Assembly (NCBI GenBank): GCA_051439605.1
Contig: JBFRWN010000028.1
Location: 1 to 30,053 of the forward strand
Direction: 5' to 3'
Length of the DNA: 30,053 bases
Source of the DNA: Synechococcus sp.
GTDB taxonomy: Bacteria > Cyanobacteriota > Cyanobacteriia > Thermostichales > PCC-7336
Below are positions 1 through 11,747 of this stretch, piece by piece. Both the position numbers and the translations under genes were made by a program. A model generated the notes under the pieces. It did not search any database. It was not told the DNA's origin and saw only the letters and a program-made list of their open reading frames with translations. Numbering within the stretch: the first letter of the stretch is position 1; each line of letters begins with the position of its first letter.

Positions 1-126
1 GAGACCTTCTACACGAAGAACATTCTGTTGAACGAAGGGATTCGTGCTTGGATGGCTCCTCAGGATCAGCCTCAGCGCAACTACGTTTTCCCCGAGGAAG
101 TTCTGCCTCGCGGTAACGCTCTCTAA
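1..126 (+). CDS. psbD: Photosystem II D2 protein, C-terminal 41 aa (5'-truncated by window)
   Basis: Frame 1 reads [41 protein letters not shown], the D2 C-terminus; lies directly upstream of psbC. Not in the ORF track. Confidence 0.98.
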   Translation, partial: ETFYTKNILLNEGIRAWMAPQDQPQRNYVFPEEVLPRGNAL

Positions 127-215
127 ATATTGCTTTTTCCGGGCAAATCCGAACCGATTTGCCCTACGCTTTTTTTATCCGTATTGTTTGTATTCCTTCG
201 CGGAGGTTCTCTCCT

Positions 216-1592
216 GTGACTGTCGCTTTTGACTCGGCGGCGCTGCGCGATCGGACCCAAGGTGGATTTGCCTGGTGGTCTGGTAATGCTCGCCTCATTA
301 ACCTCTCTGGCCGATTATTAGGGGCACACGTTGCCCATGCTGGTCTGATCGTTTTCTGGACCGGCGCCATGACTCTGTTCGAAGTGGCTCACTTCGTACC
401 CAATAAGCCCATGTACGAGCAGGGCACAATTTTGATTCCTCACCTAGCTGCTTTGGGCTGGGGTGTGGGTCCTGGCGGTGATGTAGTGGACCTTTTTCCT
501 TACTTCGTTGTCGGTGTTTTGCACCTAATTTCTTCTGCTGTTCTGGGTATCGGCGGTCTTTACCATGCTCTGCGTGGCCCGGCTACCCTCGAACAATACT
601 CTCCTTTCTTCGGCTACGACTGGAAGGATAAGAACAAGATGACCACCATCATCGGCATTCACCTGATCCTACTGGGTCTGGGCGCTCTGCTGCTGGTGGC
701 TAAAGCCATGTGGTTTGGTGGACTATACGACACCTGGGCCCCTGGTGGAGGTGATGTTCGCATTATCACCAATCCAACTCTCGATCCAGGTGTGATCTTC
801 GGTTATCTGGTCAAGTCTCCCTTTGGAGGCGAAGGCTGGATTGTTAGTGTGAACAACCTGGAAGATGTTGTTGGCGGCCACATTTACATCGGTCTGATTT
901 GCATCGCTGGTGGCGTTTGGCACATTCTGACTAAGCCTTTCGGTTGGGCTCGCCGCGCCTTTGTGTGGTCAGGTGAAGCTTACCTGTCTTACAGTTTGGC
1001 TGCTGTTTCCTTGATGAGTTTCATCTCCGTATGCTTCGTTTGGTTTAACAACACTGTTTACCCTGCAGAGTTCTACGGTCCCACCGAGCCAGAAGCCTCT
1101 CAGGCTCAAGCTTTCACCTTCCTGATTCGCGACCAACGCTTGGGTGCAAACATCTCCCAGGCACAAGGTCCTACTGGTTTGGGTAAGTATCTAATGCGCG
1201 CCCCCACGGGTGAAATCATCTTCGGTGGTGAAACCATGCGTTTCTGGGACGTACAAGCTCCTTGGTTAGAGCCTCTGCGCGGTCCTAATGGATTGGATAT
1301 TAACAAGCTGAAGAATGACATTCAGCCTTGGCAGGCTCGTCGCGCAGCTGAGTACATGACTCACCCTGCAATTGGTTCTATCAACTCTGTTGGTGGCGTT
1401 GCAACTGAAATTAACACCGTGAACTTCGTGAGTCCTCGGTCTTGGTTGGCAGCCCATAACTTCATCCTTGGTTTCTTCTTCTTTATTGGTCACCTGTGGC
1501 ATGCTGGTCGTGCTCGTGCAGCTGTGGCTGGTTTCGAGAAGGGTATCGAGCGTGAAAGCGAGCCCGCTCTGCGCATGAAAGAGCTGCGTTAA
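216..1592 (+). CDS. psbC: Photosystem II CP43 core antenna protein (458 aa)
   Basis: [16 protein letters not shown], large loop E with GGETMRFWD (OEC-associated Glu/Arg), [10 protein letters not shown]. Loop E is present, so not IsiA/Pcb. Start placed at GTG 216 with GGAGG at 202-206. Confidence 0.97.
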   Translation: MTVAFDSAALRDRTQGGFAWWSGNARLINLSGRLLGAHVAHAGLIVFWTGAMTLFEVAHFVPNKPMYEQGTILIPHLAALGWGVGPGGDVVDLFPYFVVGVLHLISSAVLGIGGLYHALRGPATLEQYSPFFGYDWKDKNKMTTIIGIHLILLGLGALLLVAKAMWFGGLYDTWAPGGGDVRIITNPTLDPGVIFGYLVKSPFGGEGWIVSVNNLEDVVGGHIYIGLICIAGGVWHILTKPFGWARRAFVWSGEAYLSYSLAAVSLMSFISVCFVWFNNTVYPAEFYGPTEPEASQAQAFTFLIRDQRLGANISQAQGPTGLGKYLMRAPTGEIIFGGETMRFWDVQAPWLEPLRGPNGLDINKLKNDIQPWQARRAAEYMTHPAIGSINSVGGVATEINTVNFVSPRSWLAAHNFILGFFFFIGHLWHAGRARAAVAGFEKGIERESEPALRMKELR

Positions 1593-1641
1593 TTGATGCA
1601 TCTTCTCCTGCTAATGCGATAGTCAGAATTTTTAGCAATCG

Positions 1642-1670
1642 AAAGCTCCCGCAGTCATGCAGGAGCTTTT
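1642..1670 (+). terminator. Rho-independent terminator after psbC
   Basis: AAAGCTCC-C-GCA-GTCA-TGC-A-GGAGCTTT-T stem-loop ending in a T run, 50 nt after the psbC stop. Confidence 0.8.
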
Positions 1671-1743
1671 GAGTGTTTTAGACCTGAGTTACGGGCAATT
1701 CTGTGTCCGTACAATAGGCATTGCAAGCTAACTTGTCTCTGCC

Positions 1744-3282
1744 GTGAGTCACTGGTTCAAGTCTCTCAATAATGCCCCTCTTACATCGAAATGGTTTGCT
1801 AGGAGCAAGATCCATGCAAAATTTGCGGTGTTTGCGAGCGCCCATTTGGTTCTGGGGTTGGCATATCTCTACTGGAGAAGCAGCAGCGGTATGTCAGAGG
1901 ATGAGCGACTGCTATCTTGGGCCTTCTTGCTGGCGGAGGGATTTACATGGGTGGGGGCGCTTGAGTTCAGTCTCAGTCGCATCCAGTTACGGATCTCATC
2001 AGATCGTCTCTTCCCCGCCTTAAGGCAGTCCTTGGCGGAACTTCCTAGCGTTGATGTTTTAATTGTCAGACGGGTGGAGTCGATTGCGACTACCTACCAA
2101 ACGGCACGATTAGCCGCCCAACTGGATTATCCCTGGCACCGTTTGTTTGTCAGGATTGTGGATTGCGATCGCGATATCAGCCTAAAGCGGGCTGCCCAAG
2201 CAGTTCCCTGCAAATACTGCGCATTAAATGAGTCCCGTCCGAGGGCTTTAGAGGCTATTTTGCAACAGGAGTTGCTACTGGGAGATTACCTTCTCATATT
2301 GGAGCCAGGACAACTTGTGGAGTCCCAGTTACTCCAACGGGTACTACCCTACTTTTATGACACTCATGCCACGGCCCCGATCGCGAATCGCACGGGGTAC
2401 GTCCAGCCGATGTTAAAACAGGTTGGACAGCACAGCTTAACCCATCCTCTGCAGCGGCTGGTGCCATTTGGAGAGCAGGGAGGTGACTGCGCTCCGCTGT
2501 TGGGGGCTGGAGCTCTGTTTCGCCGCCGCGCTCTAGCAGAGCTGCCAAAAATCAACTGGGACCATCCTGTTCGTTTGGGGGTCGAATTGCATATTCGGGG
2601 ATGGGAATCGTATCTATGCCGCACTACAACCATTACCGGAATATCGATCCCCTACTGTGGCCGGTTGATGTCGTTAGTGGCTCTGCAGCATGCTCTGAGA
2701 TTACTGCCATGGTGGAGGATTGCGGTAACTCAAACGCAAAGCTGTCAGTATTTGTGGTTGGCGCTATGGAGTACCAGCGGCTTTGCAGCAGTCCTGTATT
2801 TCTTCGTGCCGATTTGGTACCTGTGGACTGAGAGGGCACCAGTTCCCGCCTTCAATCTTGTTTTCTTGGCTTGGTTTCTGCCTTATGCGATCGCTGGGCG
2901 CTTAACTTGGCTGGTGTCCATATCCCCATCCTCTTGGCGGTCTACCTGGTTAGCAGAACGGCAATCTGGAGCACAGTTTTTTCAATCGATTCAAGCAACC
3001 GTTTTAGCGTTGCGAAGCCCCTTAGCTACTGCCAAGCAACCTTCATGGTGTTCGTTTATACCGCAGGGGATCGCTATTCTCCTTACCCTGAGTGCAATTC
3101 TGGTGGGGGTGGTACGCCTCTTCAACAGTTCTAGTAGGGCAAGTATTGTGGCTATCGTTTTTTCTTTAGCCTGGGCCACTTACAATTTGGTATTGCTGAG
3201 CGTTGTGCCCCTCGAGTTACTTCCGCCAGACCCTGAATCTGTGAGGTCTGGAATGAGCAACAAAAAGCCCCCGTCCGCTTAA
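1744..3282 (+). CDS. Cellulose synthase (BcsA)-like GT2 membrane protein with degenerate catalytic motifs
   Basis: Two N-terminal TM helices (YLYWR...LLAE), LPSVDVLI, LDYP, GDYLLIL, VQP, GALFRRRAL, LHIRGW and several C-terminal TM helices follow the BcsA order. DxD, TED and QxxRW are absent. Confidence 0.75.
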   Translation: MSHWFKSLNNAPLTSKWFARSKIHAKFAVFASAHLVLGLAYLYWRSSSGMSEDERLLSWAFLLAEGFTWVGALEFSLSRIQLRISSDRLFPALRQSLAELPSVDVLIVRRVESIATTYQTARLAAQLDYPWHRLFVRIVDCDRDISLKRAAQAVPCKYCALNESRPRALEAILQQELLLGDYLLILEPGQLVESQLLQRVLPYFYDTHATAPIANRTGYVQPMLKQVGQHSLTHPLQRLVPFGEQGGDCAPLLGAGALFRRRALAELPKINWDHPVRLGVELHIRGWESYLCRTTTITGISIPYCGRLMSLVALQHALRLLPWWRIAVTQTQSCQYLWLALWSTSGFAAVLYFFVPIWYLWTERAPVPAFNLVFLAWFLPYAIAGRLTWLVSISPSSWRSTWLAERQSGAQFFQSIQATVLALRSPLATAKQPSWCSFIPQGIAILLTLSAILVGVVRLFNSSSRASIVAIVFSLAWATYNLVLLSVVPLELLPPDPESVRSGMSNKKPPSA

Positions 3283-3295
3283 CGTCGGGGGCTTT
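3262..3295 (-). terminator. groESL terminator (possibly bidirectional)
   Basis: AAAGCCCCCG...CGGGGGCTTT inverted repeat with an A5 run on + (U-tract on -); overlaps the stop codon of the convergent GT2 gene. Confidence 0.8.
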
Positions 3296-3346
3296 CTGAG
3301 GGTGCGATACTTAGCAGATTAAGGAAGTCAAACAGCGCTGCGGGGC

Positions 3347-4987
<1,641 letters not shown>

Positions 4988-5108
4988 TTAATGACTTGAG
5001 GTGGATACTGAAGAAGTGAAAGGGTGTAAAGCTCTGAATGACTGGATTGGCTGAATCTATTGAGCACTCGCCAACCTGTCAAAACATCAGACCAGTCAAG
5101 GTGTAAAC

Positions 5109-5420
5109 CTAGTCAACAATCGCTAGGATGTCGCGCTCGGCCAGCAGAACGTATTCTTCATCGCTCAGCTTCACTTCGGTGCCGGCGTACTTGGAATAGA
5201 GAACTTTGTCGCCTACTTTGACTTCTAGAGCGACCAGTTCCCCTGCATCGTTTCGCTTGCCAGGGCCGACGGCAACAATTTCACCGACTTGGGGCTTTTC
5301 TTTGGCTGCATCGGGCAGGTAAATGCCGCCAGAGGTTTTTTCATCGCTAGCAGCGATTTTGATAAAAACACGATCGCCCAAGGGCTTCAGGGATGATGCG
5401 TTCAAGGTTAATGTTGGCAT
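5109..5420 (-). CDS. groES: Co-chaperonin GroES (103 aa)
   Basis: [30 protein letters not shown]. Start placed at ATG 5420; the longer ORF-track start runs into the CIRCE element. Confidence 0.98.
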   Translation of the reverse strand: MPTLTLNASSLKPLGDRVFIKIAASDEKTSGGIYLPDAAKEKPQVGEIVAVGPGKRNDAGELVALEVKVGDKVLYSKYAGTEVKLSDEEYVLLAERDILAIVD

Positions 5421-5496
5421 AGCAGTTATCCTTCGCAAATAGCCACGAAGATCGAAAACGTTTAGTACAAGTACAAAAAACAGGGTCAGGAGAGTA

Positions 5497-5523
5497 TTAG
5501 CACTCTCACCCATCGAGTGCTAG
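5497..5523. promoter_or_regulatory. CIRCE operator (HrcA site) upstream of groESL
   Basis: TTAGCACTC-N9-GAGTGCTAG, one mismatch from TTAGCACTC-N9-GAGTGCTAA; adjacent -10-like TAAACT on the - strand (5522-5527). Confidence 0.95.
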
Positions 5524-5583
5524 TTTACCAGCGGCATTTTTTGCATGACTACTGCTGGGCAGGCTGCTTACCCCACCTACTAG

Positions 5584-5599
5584 GTAGTAGTAACCGAAC
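5584..5599 (-). promoter_or_regulatory. Possible K-box of the groESL promoter
   Basis: - strand reads GTTCGG-TTAC-TACTAC versus recalled K-box GTTCGG-NNAN-CCNNAC (2 mismatches), about 60 nt upstream of CIRCE. Confidence 0.45.
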
Positions 5600-5847
5600 G
5601 ATGGCCGTTGAAGTGGGATTTCTCTCCGTGTGGGTATGGATTGAAGCCAGTAACTGAAGCTCGCGATTGAAAAGACTCGAAAAGCTGAATTGCAGGGCTG
5701 TTGACCGATCTGGCGATGTGTATAGACGAGTGGCAGCTATAACCTTGCTCAAACGCGAAGGGTTGTTTGCCGTCTCCTTATGTCAGACGAAAGAACGGTC
5801 CAAACCGCAATAGACTGGGAGGAAAATAAGCACTCGATTCACCGCCC

Positions 5848-8800
5848 ATGTCCTTTCTGCCCATCGTGCGTGCTATGGGGCAATTGCCCATTGCCGACGA
5901 CCTGCTTGACAAGCTCAATACCCAAGGACAAATTTCCCTCAGTGGAATGGCTCGTCTCCCCAAGGGACTAGTCGCTGCAGCACTGGCTCAGAAAGGCGAT
6001 CGCCCGTTGTTGGTGGTGACTGCCACATTAGAAGAGGCAGGCCGTTGGTCCACTCAACTGGAGGCGATGGGTTGGAAAACCGTCCACTTTTATCCCACCA
6101 CCGAAGCCTCTCCCTACGAGCCCTTTGAGTCAGAGGACGAGATTGTTTGGGGGCAGCTCCAAATCCTCACAGACCTAGTTGGTAGAGCAAGTGAAGGGGC
6201 AGAACGGTCATCGAATATAGCAGTGGTAGCCACCGAACGGGCATTGCAAACCCATTTGCCTCCCCCTGAGGTCTTTCGCGAGTTTTGTTTTCAGCTGCAT
6301 TCCGGAGATTCCCTAACCTTCAAACAGCTCAGCGAGCGTCTTAGTCGCTTAGGATACGAGCGGGTAACGCTGGTAGAAAAAGAAGGCCAGTGGAGCCGTC
6401 GAGGGGACATCATCGATATTTATCCCATTTCTACAGAGTGGCCCGTACGGCTGGAGTTCTTTGGGGATGAAGTGGAGAAAATTCGGGAATTTGACCCCGC
6501 CACCCAGCGATCGCAGGATACCCTCTCTGTAATTACGTTAACCCCCACCAGTTTCAGCCCGATCGTTCTGCCAACCCTGCGGGAGAATGCCGAGATCCAT
6601 AAAGATATCGCAGAGCTTGTGACGGCGGATGCGGCACCGACGGGGCTGCGGCGCTTTTTAGGGCTGGTGTTCGAGTATCCGGCTAGTCTGGCGGACTATT
6701 TACCAACGAAGGCGATGGTGGTCATTGATGAGCCCGATCAATGTGCTGCCCACTGCCAGCAATGGGTGGACCATGTTGACGAGCAATGGCAAGTCCTTCG
6801 GGAGCAGCAGCCGTACCTCTGCCAGCTCCATCGTTCCTTTGGGGACTGCACTCAGCCTCTCGAGGCTTTCAAGCAAGTTTGCTTGACGGAGCTGGTGACC
6901 GATAACAGCGGATTGGATCTCTCCGGGCGAGCGCTGCCTTCCATCCCCCACCAGTTTGGTACTCTTTCAAAAACCATCCGAGACGAGATTAAGCACCACA
7001 ATCGTCCCTGGATCGTCTCGGCACAACCCTCCCGCTCTGCAGCACTACTGCAAGAGCACGATTGTCCGGCCCAGTATGTTCCCAACCCGAATGACTTTCC
7101 CGCGATCGACAAGCTGGGCAATCAGCAGGTGCCCGTGGCGCTGAAATATTCTGGCCTGGCAGAGGTGCAGGGCTTCGTGCTGCCCACCTTCCGCACGTTG
7201 CTGGTAACCGATCGCGAGTTTTTCGGTCAGCAGTCTCTATCTACCCCCACTTACATTCGCAAGCGCCGCCGCGCCGTCTCCAAGGCAGTCGATCCCAACC
7301 AGCTCAAGCCTGGTGATTTTGTGGTGCATAAGAATCACGGCATCGGCAGGTTCCTCAAGCTAGAGAGCCTTACCCTCAACAACGAGACCCGCGAATATCT
7401 GGCCATCCAATATGCCGATGGAGTCTTGCGGGTGGCTGCCGATCAGTTGAATACCCTGTCCCGTTTTCGCTCCACAGGCGGTAAAAAACCTGCTCTTCAC
7501 AAGATGCAGGGGAAAACGTGGGAGAAAACCAAGAATAAAGTTCGAAAAGCGATTCAGAAGGTGGCCTTCGACCTACTGGATCTATACGCTAAGCGCGCCG
7601 AGCAGCAGGGATTTCCTTACCCAACAGACTCCCCTTGGCAGCAGGAAATGGAGGATTCATTCCCCTATCAGCCCACACCAGATCAGCTCAAGGCCACCCA
7701 GGACGTCAAGCTGGATATGGAAAGCAATCGCCCCATGGACAGACTGGTTTGTGGCGATGTGGGCTTCGGCAAAACAGAAGTGGCCATCCGATCTATGTTC
7801 AAGGCGGTCACGTCTGGCAAACAGGCCGCTTTGCTGGCACCCACTACTATCCTGGCCCAGCAGCACTATCACACCCTTCGAGAACGGTTTGCCCCCTATC
7901 CGATCGAGATAGGTCTGCTCAACCGCTTTCGCAGCGCTGGAGAGCGCAAGGAGATTCAGCAGCGGCTGGCCTCAGGCGAGCTAGATATTGTTGTGGGGAC
8001 TCATCAACTGTTGGGGAAGGCCGTCAAGTTTAAGGACCTAGGTCTGCTGGTGGTGGATGAGGAACAGCGGTTTGGCGTGAACCAGAAAGAAAAAATCAAA
8101 ACCCTCAAAACACAGGTGGATGTACTCACCCTGTCCGCCACTCCGATCCCTCGCACCCTGTATATGGCCCTCTCAGGTGTGCGGGAAATGAGCTTGATTA
8201 CGACACCTCCACCCTCCCGTCGCCCAATTAAAACCCATCTGTCCCCCTATGACCCAGAAAAAGTGCATGCCGCCATCCGGCAGGAACTCGATCGCGGCGG
8301 CCAGATATTTTATGTAGTTAACCGCGTCGAGGGAATCGAGGAGATCGCGGGGCGCTTGCGACAGATGATTCCCAGCTTAAGAATCGCGATCGCCCACGGT
8401 CAAATGGCGGAAGGTGAACTGGAAGCTACGATGATTGCCTTTAATAACGGCGAAGCAGACCTGCTAGTATGTACCACCATTATTGAGTCCGGCTTAGATA
8501 TTCCCCGCGTCAACACGATTTTGGTGGAGAATGCCGAAACCTTTGGACTCTCACAGCTTTACCAGCTGAGGGGGCGTGTAGGTCGAGCCGGGATTCAGGC
8601 CCATGCCTGGCTGTTCTACCGCAAAGATCGGCAGCTGACAGATGATGCCCGCAAGCGCCTGCGGGCGATTCAGGAATTTACGCAACTCGGTTCTGGTTAC
8701 CAACTGGCAATGCGGGATATGGAAATTCGTGGCGTTGGCAACCTGTTGGGGGCACAACAATCGGGTCAAATGAACGCGATTGGGTTTGACCTGTATATGG

Positions 8801-9321
8801 ACATGCTGAACGAGGCGATCGCCAAAATTCGCGGACAGGAGATTCCCACTGTGGACGATACCCAGGTGGACCTCAGTCTAACGGCGATGATTCCCGCTAA
8901 GTACATCCCCGACTCCGACCTGAAAATGTCCGCCTACCGCCAGGTAGCAGCTGCCAGCTCGAGGGCTGAACTCAAGGGAATTGCCGCTGATTGGACCGAT
9001 CGCTTTGGCACGTTGCCCAAGCCTGTTGAGGAGCTCTTGCGGGTGATGGAGCTGAAATATGTGGCCAAGTCTCTGGGTTTTGCCCGCGTCAAGCCGGTGG
9101 ATGCCCACGTTGTGCTTGAAACCCCGATGGAAGAACCGGCCTGGGATCGATTAAAAGAGGCATTACCCGTTCACTTGAGGTCGCGGTTTGTCTACCAACC
9201 TGGCAAGGTAACAGTGCGGGGTTTGGGATCGATCCCGGCTGGTCAGCAGCTTGAGTTTTTGATTCAGTGGCTGGATAAGATGGGGGCCGCATTGGAAGAC
9301 CCTGTAGCAACGGTTAATTAA
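5848..9321 (+). CDS. mfd: Transcription-repair coupling factor
   Basis: UvrB-like N-terminus ([10 protein letters not shown]), RID (VVHKNHGIG), [32 protein letters not shown]-terminal TRCF domain; 1157 aa. Confidence 0.98.
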   Translation: MSFLPIVRAMGQLPIADDLLDKLNTQGQISLSGMARLPKGLVAAALAQKGDRPLLVVTATLEEAGRWSTQLEAMGWKTVHFYPTTEASPYEPFESEDEIVWGQLQILTDLVGRASEGAERSSNIAVVATERALQTHLPPPEVFREFCFQLHSGDSLTFKQLSERLSRLGYERVTLVEKEGQWSRRGDIIDIYPISTEWPVRLEFFGDEVEKIREFDPATQRSQDTLSVITLTPTSFSPIVLPTLRENAEIHKDIAELVTADAAPTGLRRFLGLVFEYPASLADYLPTKAMVVIDEPDQCAAHCQQWVDHVDEQWQVLREQQPYLCQLHRSFGDCTQPLEAFKQVCLTELVTDNSGLDLSGRALPSIPHQFGTLSKTIRDEIKHHNRPWIVSAQPSRSAALLQEHDCPAQYVPNPNDFPAIDKLGNQQVPVALKYSGLAEVQGFVLPTFRTLLVTDREFFGQQSLSTPTYIRKRRRAVSKAVDPNQLKPGDFVVHKNHGIGRFLKLESLTLNNETREYLAIQYADGVLRVAADQLNTLSRFRSTGGKKPALHKMQGKTWEKTKNKVRKAIQKVAFDLLDLYAKRAEQQGFPYPTDSPWQQEMEDSFPYQPTPDQLKATQDVKLDMESNRPMDRLVCGDVGFGKTEVAIRSMFKAVTSGKQAALLAPTTILAQQHYHTLRERFAPYPIEIGLLNRFRSAGERKEIQQRLASGELDIVVGTHQLLGKAVKFKDLGLLVVDEEQRFGVNQKEKIKTLKTQVDVLTLSATPIPRTLYMALSGVREMSLITTPPPSRRPIKTHLSPYDPEKVHAAIRQELDRGGQIFYVVNRVEGIEEIAGRLRQMIPSLRIAIAHGQMAEGELEATMIAFNNGEADLLVCTTIIESGLDIPRVNTILVENAETFGLSQLYQLRGRVGRAGIQAHAWLFYRKDRQLTDDARKRLRAIQEFTQLGSGYQLAMRDMEIRGVGNLLGAQQSGQMNAIGFDLYMDMLNEAIAKIRGQEIPTVDDTQVDLSLTAMIPAKYIPDSDLKMSAYRQVAAASSRAELKGIAADWTDRFGTLPKPVEELLRVMELKYVAKSLGFARVKPVDAHVVLETPMEEPAWDRLKEALPVHLRSRFVYQPGKVTVRGLGSIPAGQQLEFLIQWLDKMGAALEDPVATVN

Positions 9322-9323
9322 AC

Positions 9324-10253
9324 CTATCCGGGAAACACAGCTTCGATAACCGCCTGCGGCTTGATATCCGCTAGCTTTCCAGTCTTAGATTTTACTGTGC
9401 GGAACGGGCCTTCTGCGGGTAGGCGTTCTGCAGGGTTGCTATCACCGAATAGAGCAACGACTGGGGTCTGGGATGCTACTGCCAACTGCATGGGGGCACT
9501 ATCAGGGCACACCACCAAGGTCGCTCCGGCGATCGCTGCGGCCAACCGACTAACGCTATTGACTTTCATCACGGCTACATCGGGTAATGCCGCCTTGACT
9601 TGTTCCGTAACCTCCGCTTCCTCTGTGACCAAGAGCACCACTGGCAGGTCGGGGCGTTTTTCTCGGAATGCTTTGGCAATCTCCACCCAGTGTGATGCGG
9701 GGTAATCACCCTCGCCGGTATATAGAAGTAGATAATCTGCATCCTTCTTTCCAAGAACTCGCTGTCGCTCCTCCTCTGCCCAGGCCAAATCACCTTTCTT
9801 AAAGCGCACTTGAGGGTGAAGGGATTTTGGGGCGATTGCAAAGGCTTGGAGTAAGTCGCAGTACATACCAGCCGCATACTGTTTGGGCTTGCAAGGTAGT
9901 GGGTCAGTTAAAAAAATATCGGCATTGCCGCTATAACCCACTCGTTTGGGAATACCGGACAGCCAGAGGAAAAAACGCAGCCAGGTGTCGTCTCTCAGGG
10001 CCACCACCGCATCGTAGTAGGTATCTCGCATCTGCCCCAACAAGTTGCCTAAGTCCGCAAGGCTGAGGGACTCGTCAAAATCAAACGGCTGCACGCTATC
10101 GACGCTGGGGCAAACCTGGTAAGCGCCTATTCCATTTCGATCCACAATTGCGTGGATTTGAGCGGTGGGATAAGTGTCCCTCAGCGCTTGCAGTGTAGGG
10201 AAAAATAACACCTGATCGCTAATATCACCGGGAACCAGTGCAAGGATGCGCAT
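9324..10253 (-). CDS. Glycosyltransferase family 9 (heptosyltransferase-like)
   Basis: MRILALVPGDISDQVLFFPTL N-terminus, IPKRVGY, DSAPMQLAVA...VALFG C-terminal GT9 motif. Start placed at ATG 10253. Confidence 0.88.
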   Translation of the reverse strand: MRILALVPGDISDQVLFFPTLQALRDTYPTAQIHAIVDRNGIGAYQVCPSVDSVQPFDFDESLSLADLGNLLGQMRDTYYDAVVALRDDTWLRFFLWLSGIPKRVGYSGNADIFLTDPLPCKPKQYAAGMYCDLLQAFAIAPKSLHPQVRFKKGDLAWAEEERQRVLGKKDADYLLLYTGEGDYPASHWVEIAKAFREKRPDLPVVLLVTEEAEVTEQVKAALPDVAVMKVNSVSRLAAAIAGATLVVCPDSAPMQLAVASQTPVVALFGDSNPAERLPAEGPFRTVKSKTGKLADIKPQAVIEAVFPG

Positions 10254-10427
10254 TCTTAGCCTGCCAACTAGCCAATCGCTCCCCATTCTGCCACCCGATG
10301 AGCATCAATGCTTAACTTCCCTCGTCGAGCTTAGGGATCTAAAGCTGAGGAAGGGTAACAATCTGGATGAACTAGACAGAAGACGTTGGATGGTTGTGAG
10401 TGTTCGCACAACGAGGATGAAGCGAAA

Positions 10428-10886
10428 ATGCGAGTAATTGTGCAGCGGGTGCGGTCTTCCACAGTGACCGTCAACGGTACTGCGATCGGCCAGATCGAAC
10501 GCGGCTTGAACCTTCTGATTGGCATTGCCCACGGCGATACCATTACAGAGGTGGACTGGATGGTGCGCAAGATTCTCAGCCTGCGGCTATTTCCCGCAGA
10601 GGAGATCGAGAGCTCTTTTCAACTGAGCGTACAGGAGATCGGAGGTGAAATTCTGGCCATCAGTCAGTTCACTTTGTATGCCGATTGCCGCAAAGGCCGC
10701 AGACCCTCCTTTAAGGGGGCGGCTTCCTCTGCAGCTGCTGAACAGCTATACGAAAACATGATTGCAAAACTTCGCCAAAGCGGCCTGAAGGTAGAAACAG
10801 GCCGCTTTGGAGCAGATATGAAGGTGGAAATTGTCAACGATGGACCGGTAACACTCCTACTGGAGAAGGGGGAGGGTCACAACTGA
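10428..10886 (+). CDS. dtd: D-aminoacyl-tRNA deacylase
   Basis: [31 protein letters not shown] motifs. Start placed at ATG 10428. Confidence 0.96.
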   Translation: MRVIVQRVRSSTVTVNGTAIGQIERGLNLLIGIAHGDTITEVDWMVRKILSLRLFPAEEIESSFQLSVQEIGGEILAISQFTLYADCRKGRRPSFKGAASSAAAEQLYENMIAKLRQSGLKVETGRFGADMKVEIVNDGPVTLLLEKGEGHN

Positions 10887-11009
10887 GAAATGGAACAGAT
10901 TGGTGAAGGTGAACGTTATGGAAGCAACAAAGTTTACTAACCAAAACGAGCGAATCAGATTTACCAAGGGGCTGAATGTCGCTGGTCGATACTGGGGAAA
11001 CTGAGGGGG

Positions 11010-11747
11010 TTACGAGGCGGCTTCCTCAAGCAGGTCTGTTTCAACTGCATTGGGTAGCTCTAGGCAGTAGCCAGCGCCGTAGACGGTTTTAATAAACTGC
11101 GGGTGTCTGGGGTCGGGCTCCAACTTGGTACGCAGGTGACGGATATGGACGCGAATGGTCTCGATATCGTCGTCAGGATCGTACCCCCAAACCTCTTTTA
11201 AGATTTCGCTGGGGGAAACCGTTTGGCCGTGGCGCTGCATGAGACAGTGCAATAGCTCGAACTCAAGGTGAGTCAGCTTCACAGTATCTCCGAACCAGAC
11301 CGCTTCGAACCGCTCCGGAATGAGAGTGAGGGGGCCGTAGCTCAGGATTTCGCTGTGCTTGGCGGCCTGGGGAATGCGATCGGTACGTCGCAAGAGGGCT
11401 CGGACGCGTACCAGCAATTCCTGGATTTCGAAGGGTTTGGTGAGGTAGTCATCGGCACCTGCATTGAAACCATCAACCTTATTTTGGGTTTGGCCCAATG
11501 CGGTCAACATCAGAAGGGGGATTTCGGCTGTGCGATCGTCACGGCGCAGTCGCTGACAGACCGTGAAGCCATCAACTTTAGGCAGCATTAGATCGAGCAC
11601 AATCATATCGGGCAACAACTGCAGCGCCAATGCTTGACCCTTGATACCATCAGGGGCCTTAAATACCTCATATCCTGCCAAATCAAGATTGACAGACACC
11701 AACTCCAGGATCGCCGGGTCGTCGTCGATTACTAAGACTCGGGGCAT
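11010..11747 (-). CDS. rpaA: OmpR-family response regulator RpaA
   Basis: Receiver domain ([15 protein letters not shown]) plus RpaA-typical [23 protein letters not shown] and [30 protein letters not shown]. Confidence 0.96.
   Translation of the reverse strand: MPRVLVIDDDPAILELVSVNLDLAGYEVFKAPDGIKGQALALQLLPDMIVLDLMLPKVDGFTVCQRLRRDDRTAEIPLLMLTALGQTQNKVDGFNAGADDYLTKPFEIQELLVRVRALLRRTDRIPQAAKHSEILSYGPLTLIPERFEAVWFGDTVKLTHLEFELLHCLMQRHGQTVSPSEILKEVWGYDPDDDIETIRVHIRHLRTKLEPDPRHPQFIKTVYGAGYCLELPNAVETDLLEEAAS

Noticed and set aside
159..215. ORF-track TTG start giving a 477-aa CP43
   Set aside because: No RBS and no CP43-like sequence; GTG 216 has GGAGG at suitable spacing and gives a normal length.
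1..1592. Far-red (FaRLiP) photosystem cluster
   Set aside because: No rfpABC, chlF, apc or psa paralogs downstream in the window; the upstream side is not visible, so this is unsupported rather than excluded.
5061..5087. Second CIRCE in the groES-groEL spacer (TGAGCACTC)
   Set aside because: Only one half-site; no GAGTGCTAA arm at 9-nt spacing.
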